Shown: piece after piece, positions 16,916-27,095 of the stretch
Layout: the number at the start of each line of letters is the position of its first letter
How positions within the stretch are numbered: the first letter of the stretch is position 1
IMG/VR virus record: IMGVR_UViG_3300037336_000152
Span: 1-59,133 of that record
DNA length: 59,133 nt
Strand: one strand, 5' to 3'
Source: a virus
Lineage: Duplodnaviria > Caudoviricetes
Notes under the pieces: model-generated
Seen by the model: the letters and a program-made list of their open reading frames with translations, nothing else
Databases searched by the model: none
Told to the model about the DNA's origin: nothing
Made by a program: the position numbers and the translations under genes

Positions 16916-17911
16916 ATGACCTGCGCGAATTATACCGCCGTTACGCCAACATGCGCGTGCGGCAATCAACTCAAGCAAGCTGGACACGGACGGCCACGCA
17001 AGTACTGCGGACCGAAGTGCAAAGGGCGGCCGCAGCCCGCACCTAGAGCGACCAAGCAAAGAGCCCCGCAGAATTACAGCGCCGTTGGCGAAAGAGCGTT
17101 TGAGTGCGCACAGTGCAGCGCATCGTTCGCAGCCGACCACAAGCGTATGTACTGCACCGCATCATGCAAGTGGCGCGCACAGACGCTCAAGCGGTACCCT
17201 GGCGCGAGGATGATGTCTGACGTGCCGGCGAAAGACCGGGCGTGCAAGTGCGCTGGGTGCGGCAATGAATACAAGAACAAGCGCAATGGCGGCACAACTG
17301 GCGAGGGAAGCAAGTACTGCTCGCGGGAATGTGCGTTTGCTGATAATGCACAAGGCAAGCACGGCAACGTCAACCCAGATAAGCCGGGCGCATCAAGCCG
17401 CATATATGCGGGCTACTGCCTTTGCTGCGGCATCCCGTTTGTATCGCGCAGAGCTCGGTCGTTTTGTAGTTACGAATGCCATCCATCCAGAGAGTACGTC
17501 AGCATCGCTCCCGCAGCCAGGGAATGCGCCACTTGCGGGGCATCGTTTGTAGCGCCAAAGGCCAAGACAAGGCCAACAGATTTCTGTAGCGCCAGGTGCA
17601 AAGCGTCGGCAATTTCCAAGCAAAGGCGAATCCAGCGCAGCAGGAGGCGAGCCCTAACAAGAATGATGTCGGTTGAGAGTGTTGATCCATTTAAGGTATT
17701 CGACCGCGATAAGTGGAGGTGCCAACTGTGCGGCACAAAGACTCCAAGACTTAAGCGCGGAACATTCGATCACGACGCGCCAGAGTTGGACCACATTATC
17801 ACGCTGGCAGATGGCGGCGAGCATAGCTACAGAAATACCCAGTGCGCATGCAGGAAGTGCAATGGAGCGAAGTCCAGCCGATCAATGGGGCAACTTCTGA
17901 TGTTCGGATAG
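16916..17911 (+). CDS. Free-standing HNH endonuclease with multiple Zn-finger repeats
   Basis: Repeated CxxC...YCxxxC; C-terminal RDKWRCQLCG...ELDHII.L..GGEH...N...ACRKCN..K. Confidence 0.85.
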   Translation: MTCANYTAVTPTCACGNQLKQAGHGRPRKYCGPKCKGRPQPAPRATKQRAPQNYSAVGERAFECAQCSASFAADHKRMYCTASCKWRAQTLKRYPGARMMSDVPAKDRACKCAGCGNEYKNKRNGGTTGEGSKYCSRECAFADNAQGKHGNVNPDKPGASSRIYAGYCLCCGIPFVSRRARSFCSYECHPSREYVSIAPAARECATCGASFVAPKAKTRPTDFCSARCKASAISKQRRIQRSRRRALTRMMSVESVDPFKVFDRDKWRCQLCGTKTPRLKRGTFDHDAPELDHIITLADGGEHSYRNTQCACRKCNGAKSSRSMGQLLMFG

Positions 17912-18021
17912 TTGCACATGGGTAAGCCCCCTTATGTCTTTGGGGAACCAGCCGCGCAGGACCGCGCTTACCCACTATTTTCATAAACGTGGACAAAAAA
18001 AGTAAAAAGGCATTTTAGGAA

Positions 18022-18474
18022 ATGACACAACGCGGCAGAAAATCGGGGGCTATGAAAGAGGTCGCCGGTCTAGTCGCGCCTACGCGCGTTGACGAACGCC
18101 TCCGCGCGCCATTGCACCTAAGCGATGCGGAGCGCTCGGTCTGGGTAGAGGTAGTTAACGATCAGCCTGGAGGTGCATTCACGCCGACGCACTCGCCCCT
18201 GCTGGAAATGTACTGTCGGCACATTACGCAGGCTCGCATTCTTGCTGATGAGCTTATCAATTTTGAGCGCGCATGGCTTGCTGATAGTGACGGGCTGAAA
18301 CGATACGACCGCCTGCTGGCGATGTCCGAGCGCGAGAGCCGGGCCGCGTCGTCACTGGCCACCAGGCTAAGGATTACGCGCCAGGCTGTTGAGCATCCGA
18401 CGACTGTGGGTCGCAGCCTGAAGAACCAAGCGAAGGGACGCAAGCCGTGGGAACTCGCGCTGAACGAAAGCTAA
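18022..18474 (+). CDS. terS: Terminase small subunit
   Basis: P..LS..E..VW...LLEMYC...LATRLRIT; precedes terL. Confidence 0.8.
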   Translation: MTQRGRKSGAMKEVAGLVAPTRVDERLRAPLHLSDAERSVWVEVVNDQPGGAFTPTHSPLLEMYCRHITQARILADELINFERAWLADSDGLKRYDRLLAMSERESRAASSLATRLRITRQAVEHPTTVGRSLKNQAKGRKPWELALNES

Positions 18475-20018
18475 GCCGAGGCGAGCGCAATATTGCGTGG
18501 GTCGAAGATCATTGCCGCATTCCAGAGGGTCGGCTGGTCGGAAGGCCGGTCAAGCTAACCAAGCATCAGCGGCGATGGATTTGCAGAATTTACGATTCCC
18601 CGACTCGCGTATTCATTCTGACGATGGCTCGGAAGAATGCCAAGACTGCACTATCGTCATTTCTTTTACTCCTGCACCTGTGCGGGCCGGAAGCGAAGCC
18701 GAACAGCCAGCTTTATAGCGCGGCACAATCGCGCGACCAGGCATCAATCCTGTTCGCACTCGCGGCCAAAGTTGTAAGGATGTCGCCAAGTCTGTCGGAG
18801 TATGTGGGCATTCGAGACACCGCAAAGCAACTCTATTGCGACGAACTCGGGACGCTATACCGCGCGCTGAGCGCTGATGCATCTACAGCATACGGGCTTA
18901 GCCCGGCCTTTGTTGTGCATGATGAACTTGGACAGGTCAAGGGGCCGCGATCCGAACTATATGAGGCGCTGGAGACTGCAAGCTCCGCGCAAGAGTCGCC
19001 CCTGTCAATCGTGATCTCGACGCAAGCACCGACCGATGCCGACTTGCTGAGCCTCCTGATTGACGATGGCCTGACCGGAGCTGATCCGCGCATCAAGGTC
19101 GAGCTATATACCGCGCCACTTGATTCGGACCCATTCAGCGAAGAGTCGATCAGAGCGGCAAATCCGCACTTTGATGACTTCATGAACAAGGAAGAGGTTC
19201 TTAGGCAGGCGTCGGATGCGAAGCGAATGCCGAGCGCCGAGGCCGGCTACCGGAACCTGATCCTAAATCAGCGCGTCGAGTCGCGAAGCCCATTTGTCAC
19301 GCGCTCGGTATGGCAGGAGAACGGCGCAGCGCCGCGAGAACTTGAGGATGGCGCGGAAGTATTCGGAGGGCTTGACCTGTCTAGCGTTTCTGACCTAACT
19401 GCGCTGACGCTCATTTCTGAGAGCAAGGAGCCGATTGGGCGCAAATACGTAGACGGGCGACTTGATTCTGATGTTAAACCGTGGGATGTCTACCCGACAT
19501 TTTGGCTTCCAGAAAACGGACTAGCCGAAAAGTCGCGCGCCGACAGGGTGCCTTACGACCTATGGCAGCAACAAGGCTTTCTCATGACAACGCCAGGCGC
19601 GTCGATCGAATACGAGTTCATCGCAGCGCATCTGCGCGAGGTATTCGACCGCTACAACGTGCGAGCGCTGGCGTTTGATAGGTACAACATGAAATTTTTA
19701 AAGCCGTGGCTGGAGCGCGCCGGGTTCACAGGGGACGAACTATCCAGGTTCATAGAGTGGGGACAAGGCTTTGTGGGGATGTCGCCGGCAATCAGGGAAT
19801 TTGAATCACTTCTCTTGGCGCGAAAGTTGCGACACGGGAATCACCCAGTGCTGGCTATGTGCGCCAGTAACGCGACAGTCGTTAAAGACCCTGCCGAGAA
19901 CCGCAAGTTCGTCAAGGGCAAGGCAACGGGGCGCATTGACGGAATGGTGGCGCTGGCGATGAGCGTCGGCGTGATGCCGCAAGCGCCATCATCTGAAACA
20001 AAATCATTCTGGGAATAA
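18447..20018 (+). CDS. terL: Terminase large subunit
   Basis: ARKNAKT, VHDELG, ISTQ, GGLDLS...DLTAL, RIDGMVALAM. Confidence 0.95.
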   Translation: MGTRAERKLSRGERNIAWVEDHCRIPEGRLVGRPVKLTKHQRRWICRIYDSPTRVFILTMARKNAKTALSSFLLLLHLCGPEAKPNSQLYSAAQSRDQASILFALAAKVVRMSPSLSEYVGIRDTAKQLYCDELGTLYRALSADASTAYGLSPAFVVHDELGQVKGPRSELYEALETASSAQESPLSIVISTQAPTDADLLSLLIDDGLTGADPRIKVELYTAPLDSDPFSEESIRAANPHFDDFMNKEEVLRQASDAKRMPSAEAGYRNLILNQRVESRSPFVTRSVWQENGAAPRELEDGAEVFGGLDLSSVSDLTALTLISESKEPIGRKYVDGRLDSDVKPWDVYPTFWLPENGLAEKSRADRVPYDLWQQQGFLMTTPGASIEYEFIAAHLREVFDRYNVRALAFDRYNMKFLKPWLERAGFTGDELSRFIEWGQGFVGMSPAIREFESLLLARKLRHGNHPVLAMCASNATVVKDPAENRKFVKGKATGRIDGMVALAMSVGVMPQAPSSETKSFWE

Positions 20019-20019
20019 C

Positions 20020-20178
20020 ATGCAAAAATTCATATCCGCCTTGCCTGACGTGCTGATCGTCGCGGGCGTGAGCGCAATTTCGTATGGCGCCTGGCTCGTA
20101 CATCCTGCTGCCGGCTTCATTATCGGCGGCATGCTCGCGTCGGGTCTTGGCGCTCTTGCATCTCAACGGGCCCAATAA
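20020..20178 (+). CDS. Small two-TM protein between terL and portal (52 aa; not in ORF track)
   Basis: MQKFISALPDVLIVAGVSAISYGAWLVHPAAGFIIGG...; TAATG overlap with portal. Confidence 0.75.
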   Translation: MQKFISALPDVLIVAGVSAISYGAWLVHPAAGFIIGGMLASGLGALASQRAQ

Positions 20179-21398
20179 TGTCGTTCTTCGTGCCTGAGCG
20201 CAAAGCCGCTTCTATTTCCGGCGAACTCCAGGAGTTTTTTAGTTCGCGCTTGTCGATGACGGGCAAGTCAGTGACGGTCGATAGTGCGCTGCAGGTATCC
20301 TCGGTATTCGCGTGCCTGCGCGTACTGGGCGAGGGCGTGGCCCAGGTGCCTCTGAAGTTGATTCGCGAAGGCAAGGACGGTCGCACACGCCTAGCGGCCC
20401 GAGAGCACCCGCTTTATGACGTGCTCGCGTACCGGCCGAACCCATGGCAGACCTCGTTCGAGTTCCGCGAGACGATGATTTGGCACGCCGGACTGGCTGG
20501 CAATTTTTACGCATTCAAAAATATCGTCAACGGCAAGATCAAAGATCTCATTCCGTTCGAATCTGGATGCGTCACGACGCAGCGCGACGAGCGCACCGGA
20601 GTGCTGAGTTACGACGTCTCGCTGCCATCGGGCGAATACAAAACATTCCCGGCCAGCGCGATCTGGCATGTGCGCGGCCCCAGCTGGAATTCCTGGATGG
20701 GCCTTGACTGCATGACGCTCGCCCGCGAGTCGATCGGCCTGGCCATGGCAACTGAAGAACAGCACGCGCGCATGCACAAAAACGGCGTGCAGGCATCCGG
20801 CGTGTATTCCGTCGAAGGCACACTGGATAACGCACAAAGCGAGAAATTACGCGGCTGGATCGAGAAAAACTCGGCCGGATTGGTCAATGCCGGGCGCCCG
20901 ATCGTGCTTGATCGCGCCGCAAAGTGGGTTAGCACTGCCATGACCGGTGTCGATTCGCAGCATTTGGAGACCCGAAAGCACCAAATCATCGAGATCTGCC
21001 GTCATTTTCGCGTGAATCCAATCATGATTTACGGCGACGACAAGCTCTCAACATACGCTGGGTCGGAGCAAAATTTTCTGAGTCATGTCGTCCACACCTT
21101 GAGCCCGTGGTATCAGCGCCTCGAGCAGTCCATGGACGTCAACTTGCTGACAAAAAAAGACCGGGAAGAGGGGCTTTACACTCAATTTGTCGAAGAAGGC
21201 CTGCTTCGCGGCGACTCGAAATCGACCGCTGAGTTTTTGACCAAGCTCAGCACGAACGGGATCATGACGCGCAACGAAGCGCGCGCCAAGCTCGACCTAA
21301 ATCCAATCGAAGGGCTCGATGAGCCGCTGACCCCCGCGAACATGATCATCGGCGCAGAACCAGCCGCCGCAGATCCCGCACAAGGAGTAACCGCATGA
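20178..21398 (+). CDS. HK97-family portal protein
   Basis: SALQVSSVFAC...VAQVPL...RPNPWQT..EF...NEARAKLDLNP. Confidence 0.95.
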   Translation: MSFFVPERKAASISGELQEFFSSRLSMTGKSVTVDSALQVSSVFACLRVLGEGVAQVPLKLIREGKDGRTRLAAREHPLYDVLAYRPNPWQTSFEFRETMIWHAGLAGNFYAFKNIVNGKIKDLIPFESGCVTTQRDERTGVLSYDVSLPSGEYKTFPASAIWHVRGPSWNSWMGLDCMTLARESIGLAMATEEQHARMHKNGVQASGVYSVEGTLDNAQSEKLRGWIEKNSAGLVNAGRPIVLDRAAKWVSTAMTGVDSQHLETRKHQIIEICRHFRVNPIMIYGDDKLSTYAGSEQNFLSHVVHTLSPWYQRLEQSMDVNLLTKKDREEGLYTQFVEEGLLRGDSKSTAEFLTKLSTNGIMTRNEARAKLDLNPIEGLDEPLTPANMIIGAEPAAADPAQGVTA

Positions 21399-22045
21399 CC
21401 ACAAAAACGCTCGACTTTTCCTGTGAGTTGAAGGCATCCAAGGATGACGGCTCTTTCGAGGGCTACGGCTCCGTATTCAACATCACAGACCAGGGCGGCG
21501 ATGTGGTTGTGCCGGGCGCCTTTGTCGAAAGCCTGGCCAGCCAGAAAGCCACCGGGCGCATGCCCGCAATGCTCTGGCAGCATCGTCAGGCCGAGCCGAT
21601 TGGCGTCTACACCAGCATGGAAGAAGATGCGATCGGGCTTAAAGTCTCCGGCCAGCTTGCGCTGAAGACCTCGCGCGGCGCCGAGGCCTACGAGTTGATG
21701 AAAATGGGCGCCTTGTCCGGCATGTCGATTGGCTACCGCTCGCGCGATGATAGCTACGACCGCGTGACTGGCGTTCGGACACTGAAAAAGCTCGATCTGA
21801 TCGAGTTAAGCCTGGTCACGTTCCCGATGAACGATGCTTCGCGCGTCGCGTCGGTGAAAAGTATCGAAACCCTCACCAATATTCGCGATGCGGAGGAATT
21901 CCTGAGAGAGTCAGGGCTTTCACGCAGCGCAGCCGTGGCGTTTATCGCCAGGGTTAAGTGCCTCGGACAGAGCGATTCTGATGGGGGTGACATGCAGCAA
22001 ATCGTTTCGGCATTGAAGCGTCGAGACGCTTATCTGGCCGCATAA
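21395..22045 (+). CDS. HK97-family prohead protease
   Basis: FEGYGSVF..D..GDVV.PGAF...MLWQH...PIG...GMSIGY...LIELSLVTFPMN. Confidence 0.95.
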   Translation: MTTKTLDFSCELKASKDDGSFEGYGSVFNITDQGGDVVVPGAFVESLASQKATGRMPAMLWQHRQAEPIGVYTSMEEDAIGLKVSGQLALKTSRGAEAYELMKMGALSGMSIGYRSRDDSYDRVTGVRTLKKLDLIELSLVTFPMNDASRVASVKSIETLTNIRDAEEFLRESGLSRSAAVAFIARVKCLGQSDSDGGDMQQIVSALKRRDAYLAA

Positions 22046-22112
22046 GCCAAAAATCAACCACCCCCCCCGAGCCGGCATATAGCCGGTTTTTTTACGCCCA
22101 AAGGAAAATATC

Positions 22113-23393
22113 ATGTCGGATCTCGCAGAAGTAAAAAGCATCATCGAAACCCAAGGCCGCGCCTGGGAAGAGTTCAAAAAGACCAATGACGAACTGGTCA
22201 AAGCCAAGGCTGACGGTAAATCTGTTGGCGATCTGGAAGCCAAGCTGACCGCAATCGAGTCGAAGGGCCTGGCATCGGGCGAAGCGCTGAGCGCCAAGCT
22301 GGTTGCCGCAGAAGCCGAAGTCAAGCAGGCCAAACTGGCTGCTGAAGAAGCCAAGACCGCCGTCGAAGAACTGGAAGCGAAGTGGAACCGCGAAGGCCTG
22401 TTCGCAAAAGGCGGCGCCAAGAAAGCGGATCACAACGCCTGGGCGCGGGCAGTTGTCGGCGCCCATACCCAGGGCGTCGCCAACCTGACCTCTGACCAGC
22501 AGAAGGCTCTGGCGGCTGTCGAGGCTGAATACAAAGCGCTGGGCATCAGCAACGACACCACGGGCGGCTATTTGGCCCCTGCGGAATTCGTCCGCGAGAT
22601 CATCAAGGGCGTCACCGAGATGAGCTCGGCCCGTCAACTGGCCCGCGTTCGCCAGACTGGCAGCAAGTCGATCATGCTGCCAAAGCGCACCGGCCAGTTT
22701 GCTGCACAGTGGACCGCCGACCAAGGAGCCCGCTCCGAAACGGCCGGCCTGGCATGGGGCATGCTGGAAATTCACGCGCATGAAATGTATGCGCTGGTCG
22801 ACATCTCCCAGCAGAACCTGGAGGACAGCGCGTTCAACCTGGAATCGGAAATCAGCTTTGAGGCCACGGAGCAATTCGCTGTTGCTGAAGGCGCCGCCTT
22901 CGTCAACGGTTCCGGCGTCGGCCAGCCCGAAGGCTTCATGACCAATGCCGACGTTGGCTTTACCGTGTCGGGCAGCGCCGCTACCGTTACTTCGGATGGC
23001 TTGCTGGCACTCAAGCATGCCATCAAGACCGCCTACGCACGCAATGCTCAATGGGCGATGAATCGCACCACTCTGGGCAGCGTTCGCCGCCTGAAGACCA
23101 CCGGTGGCGATTACGTGTGGATTCCTGGCATCGCCGCCGGCAAGCCGAACACCATCGATGGCGATCCGTACGCTGAAGTGCCTGATATGCCAGTCGAGGC
23201 AGCCAATGCATTCCCTGTTGCGTACGGCGATTTTGCTCGCGCCTACTCGCTGGTTGATCGCGTCGCAATGAGCATGCTGCGCGACCCATTCACGCAGGCG
23301 ACCAGCGGCAATATCCGGTTCCTGTTCCGTCGCCGGCTGGGCGGCATGGTCGTGTTGCCGGAAGCGATCCGCAAGCTGAAGTGCTCGGCCTAA
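22113..23393 (+). CDS. HK97-fold major capsid protein with delta domain
   Basis: Coiled-coil N-terminus; GGYLAP, AF..GSG..QP.G, YGDF...Y..VDR. Confidence 0.95.
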   Translation: MSDLAEVKSIIETQGRAWEEFKKTNDELVKAKADGKSVGDLEAKLTAIESKGLASGEALSAKLVAAEAEVKQAKLAAEEAKTAVEELEAKWNREGLFAKGGAKKADHNAWARAVVGAHTQGVANLTSDQQKALAAVEAEYKALGISNDTTGGYLAPAEFVREIIKGVTEMSSARQLARVRQTGSKSIMLPKRTGQFAAQWTADQGARSETAGLAWGMLEIHAHEMYALVDISQQNLEDSAFNLESEISFEATEQFAVAEGAAFVNGSGVGQPEGFMTNADVGFTVSGSAATVTSDGLLALKHAIKTAYARNAQWAMNRTTLGSVRRLKTTGGDYVWIPGIAAGKPNTIDGDPYAEVPDMPVEAANAFPVAYGDFARAYSLVDRVAMSMLRDPFTQATSGNIRFLFRRRLGGMVVLPEAIRKLKCSA

Positions 23394-23449
23394 TCATCGG
23401 CTAAACCCCGCTCGAGCGGGGATTCCCAACCAAATCAAAGGAGTATTTC

Positions 23450-23872
23450 ATGCAAGATCTTCACAATAATATCGCGATCAAACGCGCCATCAGCCCGGTT
23501 TCGGTCGCAGACAACACCGCGCAAGTCTCGCAAATCATCGACATGCTTGGTTACAACTCACTTGAATTCGTCATTGCGACAGGCTCGATTGCCGATGTGG
23601 ACGCCACATTTACTGTTCTGGTAGAGGACGGCGCCGTTTCGAATCTGTCGGATGCCGCTGCGGTTGCCGACACGTTCCTGCTCGGGACCGAAGTTCTCGC
23701 CGCATTCACGTTTGCCGACGACGACAAGTGCCGGAAGATCGGCTACACCGGCAGCAAGCGATATGTTCGCCTGACCATCACGCCAGGCGGTAATGCGTCC
23801 GCTGCGCTGCTGTCGGCCGTCGCCATCCTGGGCAATCCAGGCAGCGCCCCTACCGCCAATCCACCAGTATAA
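23450..23872 (+). CDS. Putative capsid decoration/cement protein
   Basis: Follows MCP; IDMLGY...GY.G.KRYVRL beta-sandwich. Confidence 0.6.
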   Translation: MQDLHNNIAIKRAISPVSVADNTAQVSQIIDMLGYNSLEFVIATGSIADVDATFTVLVEDGAVSNLSDAAAVADTFLLGTEVLAAFTFADDDKCRKIGYTGSKRYVRLTITPGGNASAALLSAVAILGNPGSAPTANPPV

Positions 23873-23916
23873 CCGCGACATGAGGCGGCCCCGGTCGCCT
23901 CCAAAGGATTATCCCC

Positions 23917-24180
23917 ATGAAAATTATCATGATGGTCTCTGAGCGAGGCTCGATTGACGGCATCAGGTCGGCAATGTACGTCGCCGGATCTGAATATAAC
24001 CTGTCGGATTCGCCCGGCGCGGTTGCGCTAGCAGAGGCATTCATCGGCGCTGGTATGGCCGAAGAAGTCCATTCGCGCACTATCGAAACCAAGGTTACAG
24101 ATCCAGATCTTGAGGTCGGCCAACTGGTTGAGCTTGCATTCGAATCCAAGCCAGGCGCAAAGCCGGGCAGGAAAAAATGA
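23917..24180 (+). CDS. Hypothetical head-region protein
   Basis: AAGGA RBS; basic C-terminal tail. Confidence 0.6.
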   Translation: MKIIMMVSERGSIDGIRSAMYVAGSEYNLSDSPGAVALAEAFIGAGMAEEVHSRTIETKVTDPDLEVGQLVELAFESKPGAKPGRKK

Positions 24181-24428
24181 CCAACTGCCTCCTTTTCGCC
24201 CTCGCGCTGTACTGGCGCCGAAGGGCTAAAGGAGCGCGCTGCTACATCAGCATCAGGAAATCCGACGCGGGCCCGTTCCCGCATTTCCTAGTATTCGAAT
24301 ACCGGCGCGGCATGTTCCGCGCGATCAGTTACAAGCCGATCAATCCGCGTCACAAGACCTGCCCGCCGCCCGTATTCAAGGGCCGGGCAAGTTGGGGCGA
24401 TGCACCGAACAATTCACACAAGAGGTAA
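24177..24428 (+). CDS. Hypothetical protein
   Basis: NCLLFAL...RKS...FPHF..; ATGA coupling. Confidence 0.55.
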   Translation: MTNCLLFALALYWRRRAKGARCYISIRKSDAGPFPHFLVFEYRRGMFRAISYKPINPRHKTCPPPVFKGRASWGDAPNNSHKR

Positions 24429-24431
24429 TTT

Positions 24432-24821
24432 ATGGGCTATAGCACCGAACTGCGTAATGCCAAACTGGATGCGATCACGACTATTGTCGGCGATGGCGGC
24501 AAACTCGAAATCTACTCAGGGGCAAAGCCCGCTGTCGGCGGCGTGGAAGGGACGACGCTTGCCGTTTTCACCCTGGGCACTCCGTTTGCGCCAGCGGCAT
24601 CTGGCGGCGTTCTTTCGCCGACACTTCCTGCCGCAACTACAGGAGTTGCCACCGGCACAGCTGGATGGGCGCGCGTCACGAAGGCCGATGGCACCACGTT
24701 CGTCATTGACCTGACCGTGGGTACATCTGGCGCAAAGATGAATCTCAATACGCTGTCGATCACGAGCGGCGGCGCCGTGTCGGTCACAAGTTGGACCATC
24801 ACCGACGGCAACGCGGCCTAA
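24432..24821 (+). CDS. Small beta-sandwich virion protein (putative filament subunit)
   Basis: RNAKLDAI...LEIYSG..P...ATGTAGWAR...D.TVG.SG. Confidence 0.65.
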   Translation: MGYSTELRNAKLDAITTIVGDGGKLEIYSGAKPAVGGVEGTTLAVFTLGTPFAPAASGGVLSPTLPAATTGVATGTAGWARVTKADGTTFVIDLTVGTSGAKMNLNTLSITSGGAVSVTSWTITDGNAA

Positions 24822-24824
24822 GCA

Positions 24825-25973
24825 ATGACCTACCCGATAGCGCAGTCGTTCTCGGCGGCGAGTGGCGCGACGATTTATGCCGGCCGTGCTGCGCCGTCGG
24901 GCCTGCCAGTATGGTTGCAGGCAATGGCCGTCGGAGAGCTTGCGAGCATCAGCGGCACCGCCCCAAGCGCGTCAAGCGGTGTTGTTCCTGCCGTAGCTGG
25001 GTCGATGGGTACGCAGGCGGGGATTACAAACGCATGGTGCGGCGGGATCGTGCATGGCAAAAAATTCATAGTCCACGGCGGCGGTCATGCCGACTATGGA
25101 GGGAATGAATTTCCGGTCATAGACCTAAGTACAGACGCGCCCGCATGGGATTTGCTGATTGAGCGCACCCCTGTGGGCAACTTGCTCGGCGGCTCAAACT
25201 ACTATGCCGATGGTCGCCCGACAAGTCGGCACACGTATTACGGCATGTTCGTTGCGACCATCGCAAGCGCGGCAAAGATTCTCCGGTTTAACGCAAATAT
25301 GGGCTTCGCTTACAACGGCGCGCCGGTGAATGGGGCAGCGGACGTTCGCACACTCGGAATTGACGGGTTCGACCTTACGTCAAACGTTTGGGAACCCGCA
25401 GCGCACGGCACTATGCCACGGATCACCGGATCAGAAACGGCAATGGGCCAAGACCCCGTTACGGGTGACGTTTACGTGTGGGGCTCAAACTCGGTTATCT
25501 CGAAGTACGACGCGACCACCGGCCTATCTTCCGACATTGCCGACCTGCCCGGGGTAGAGGGCGCAGGCGCGGCGCTATTCGTGGACGCGGCCAACGGGCG
25601 TCTCGTCCGCATCGGCGGGCGCGCGAGTGGTGGCGTCGTCTATACCGACAAGTCCGGGGGCGGCGCGAAGGTAGCGCCGGCATTGACCGGGCCGGGCGCA
25701 GTCGCGTTTAGCGCCGCGCTCTCCGGAGAGCAGCACGGGTGGGGTAGGGCGCACGACACGACACGGAATCACGCATACCTTTACACGACCGCCGGCGCCA
25801 TTTTCCGACTAGACCTGGCGAATTTTAGCGTCGCTCAAGTCGCGCCGACCGGCGAGGCTTTGCACGCGGAGGTAAACGGCTGGTGGGGCCGTGCCCAGTA
25901 CATGGATGAGTTGGACATCATCGTTTCTCTCGCGTCATGGACATCCGCAATACAAATTTACAGGGTGGCATAA
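24825..25973 (+). CDS. Putative beta-propeller virion adhesin
   Basis: AWCGG...GGGHADYGGNE...DGRPTSRHTY; repeated D/YD beta-blades. Confidence 0.6.
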   Translation: MTYPIAQSFSAASGATIYAGRAAPSGLPVWLQAMAVGELASISGTAPSASSGVVPAVAGSMGTQAGITNAWCGGIVHGKKFIVHGGGHADYGGNEFPVIDLSTDAPAWDLLIERTPVGNLLGGSNYYADGRPTSRHTYYGMFVATIASAAKILRFNANMGFAYNGAPVNGAADVRTLGIDGFDLTSNVWEPAAHGTMPRITGSETAMGQDPVTGDVYVWGSNSVISKYDATTGLSSDIADLPGVEGAGAALFVDAANGRLVRIGGRASGGVVYTDKSGGGAKVAPALTGPGAVAFSAALSGEQHGWGRAHDTTRNHAYLYTTAGAIFRLDLANFSVAQVAPTGEALHAEVNGWWGRAQYMDELDIIVSLASWTSAIQIYRVA

Positions 25974-27095
25974 ATGGCGCTACAGGATTTTACCTACCGC
26001 CTAAAAGCGGTAAATGGCGACACTACGCCGGTTGACGTGGTTGGCGGCAGCATAACATTGGCTGGCGGCACGATCACTCTCGTAGATATGGGCGGCAGTG
26101 ATTACGCATGGCAATTTGTCGGGAAGGCCAGCGCCGATGGGCCATCTAAAACTGTAACTGGCACGACTGCCGGCACAGGAGTTACGATAGCTCTACGTAT
26201 TGCGGTAACGTCGTATGACGCGGCAGGGTTCGCCTATTTAGCCGGATACGGTGATGATTCTACGCCTGCAAAGGGGCTAGTGTTGGGCCAAAACGGCACC
26301 AATATTATCCGCAGCCGATGGGTTGATTCGGGCACTGACACGCTTTCAATGTTGACCGTCAATACGGCTATTCGCACGGTGGTTATTCGAGCCACTATCA
26401 ACAGCGGAGTGACAGACAAAGTACACTCGTGGGTCAATGGCGTTACCGGGTCGGCGGATACCGCTGACTACATCAGCACCGGCCAAAACTACACCTCGCC
26501 TATCCTGGATACGGTTTTCCTTGGGTCAGCAGGCAGCACTATCCGCGTATCGGATTTTGTTGTATGGGGCGAAGAACTGAGTGATGCGAACTGTCACACG
26601 CTCGCGGAAAGCGGGATTCGCGCAACGCTGGACGTGACGCCATCGGTCGATGCCACGATCAGTTGGACCGAGCCCGCCGACATTTCCGCAATCGCTGGCG
26701 ACGTTGCAATCTCCGCTGTCACGGTGGATGTCGCGTGGACTGAAGCCGCTGATGTGACGGCTATCGCAGCGCTTGCCGAGGTGTCGGGCGCGATGTCATG
26801 GACCGAGGCTGCAGACGCTGCCGCAATTGCCGCGACATTCACGCCGAACACGCCGACGATCACGATCGCAGATATTAAACTCAACAACGGCACGCTGCGC
26901 GCCTCAGAGACGTTTGACGCATACATCTACAACCTGACGACCGGCGCGCTGGTCGTCAAACTTGCGGCGCAGGTATCGACTGCTGGCGGCGATTTGGAGC
27001 TGGTGAGCGCATCGATGACCGCTGCTGTCGAGTACCGCGTGGTACTAGTTGATTCCGGTGGCCTGGCGGGCGTGGGCAGGGCCACGGCAGCATGA
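25974..27095 (+). CDS. Virion protein: LamG-like N-domain plus three WTExAD repeats
   Basis: SWVNG...ISDFVVW..ELSD-like lectin motif; WTEPAD, WTEAAD x2. Confidence 0.6.
   Translation: MALQDFTYRLKAVNGDTTPVDVVGGSITLAGGTITLVDMGGSDYAWQFVGKASADGPSKTVTGTTAGTGVTIALRIAVTSYDAAGFAYLAGYGDDSTPAKGLVLGQNGTNIIRSRWVDSGTDTLSMLTVNTAIRTVVIRATINSGVTDKVHSWVNGVTGSADTADYISTGQNYTSPILDTVFLGSAGSTIRVSDFVVWGEELSDANCHTLAESGIRATLDVTPSVDATISWTEPADISAIAGDVAISAVTVDVAWTEAADVTAIAALAEVSGAMSWTEAADAAAIAATFTPNTPTITIADIKLNNGTLRASETFDAYIYNLTTGALVVKLAAQVSTAGGDLELVSASMTAAVEYRVVLVDSGGLAGVGRATAA

Noticed and set aside
17912-18021. cos site
   Set aside because: Position fits an HK97-like cos, but the exact sequence cannot be supported by eye
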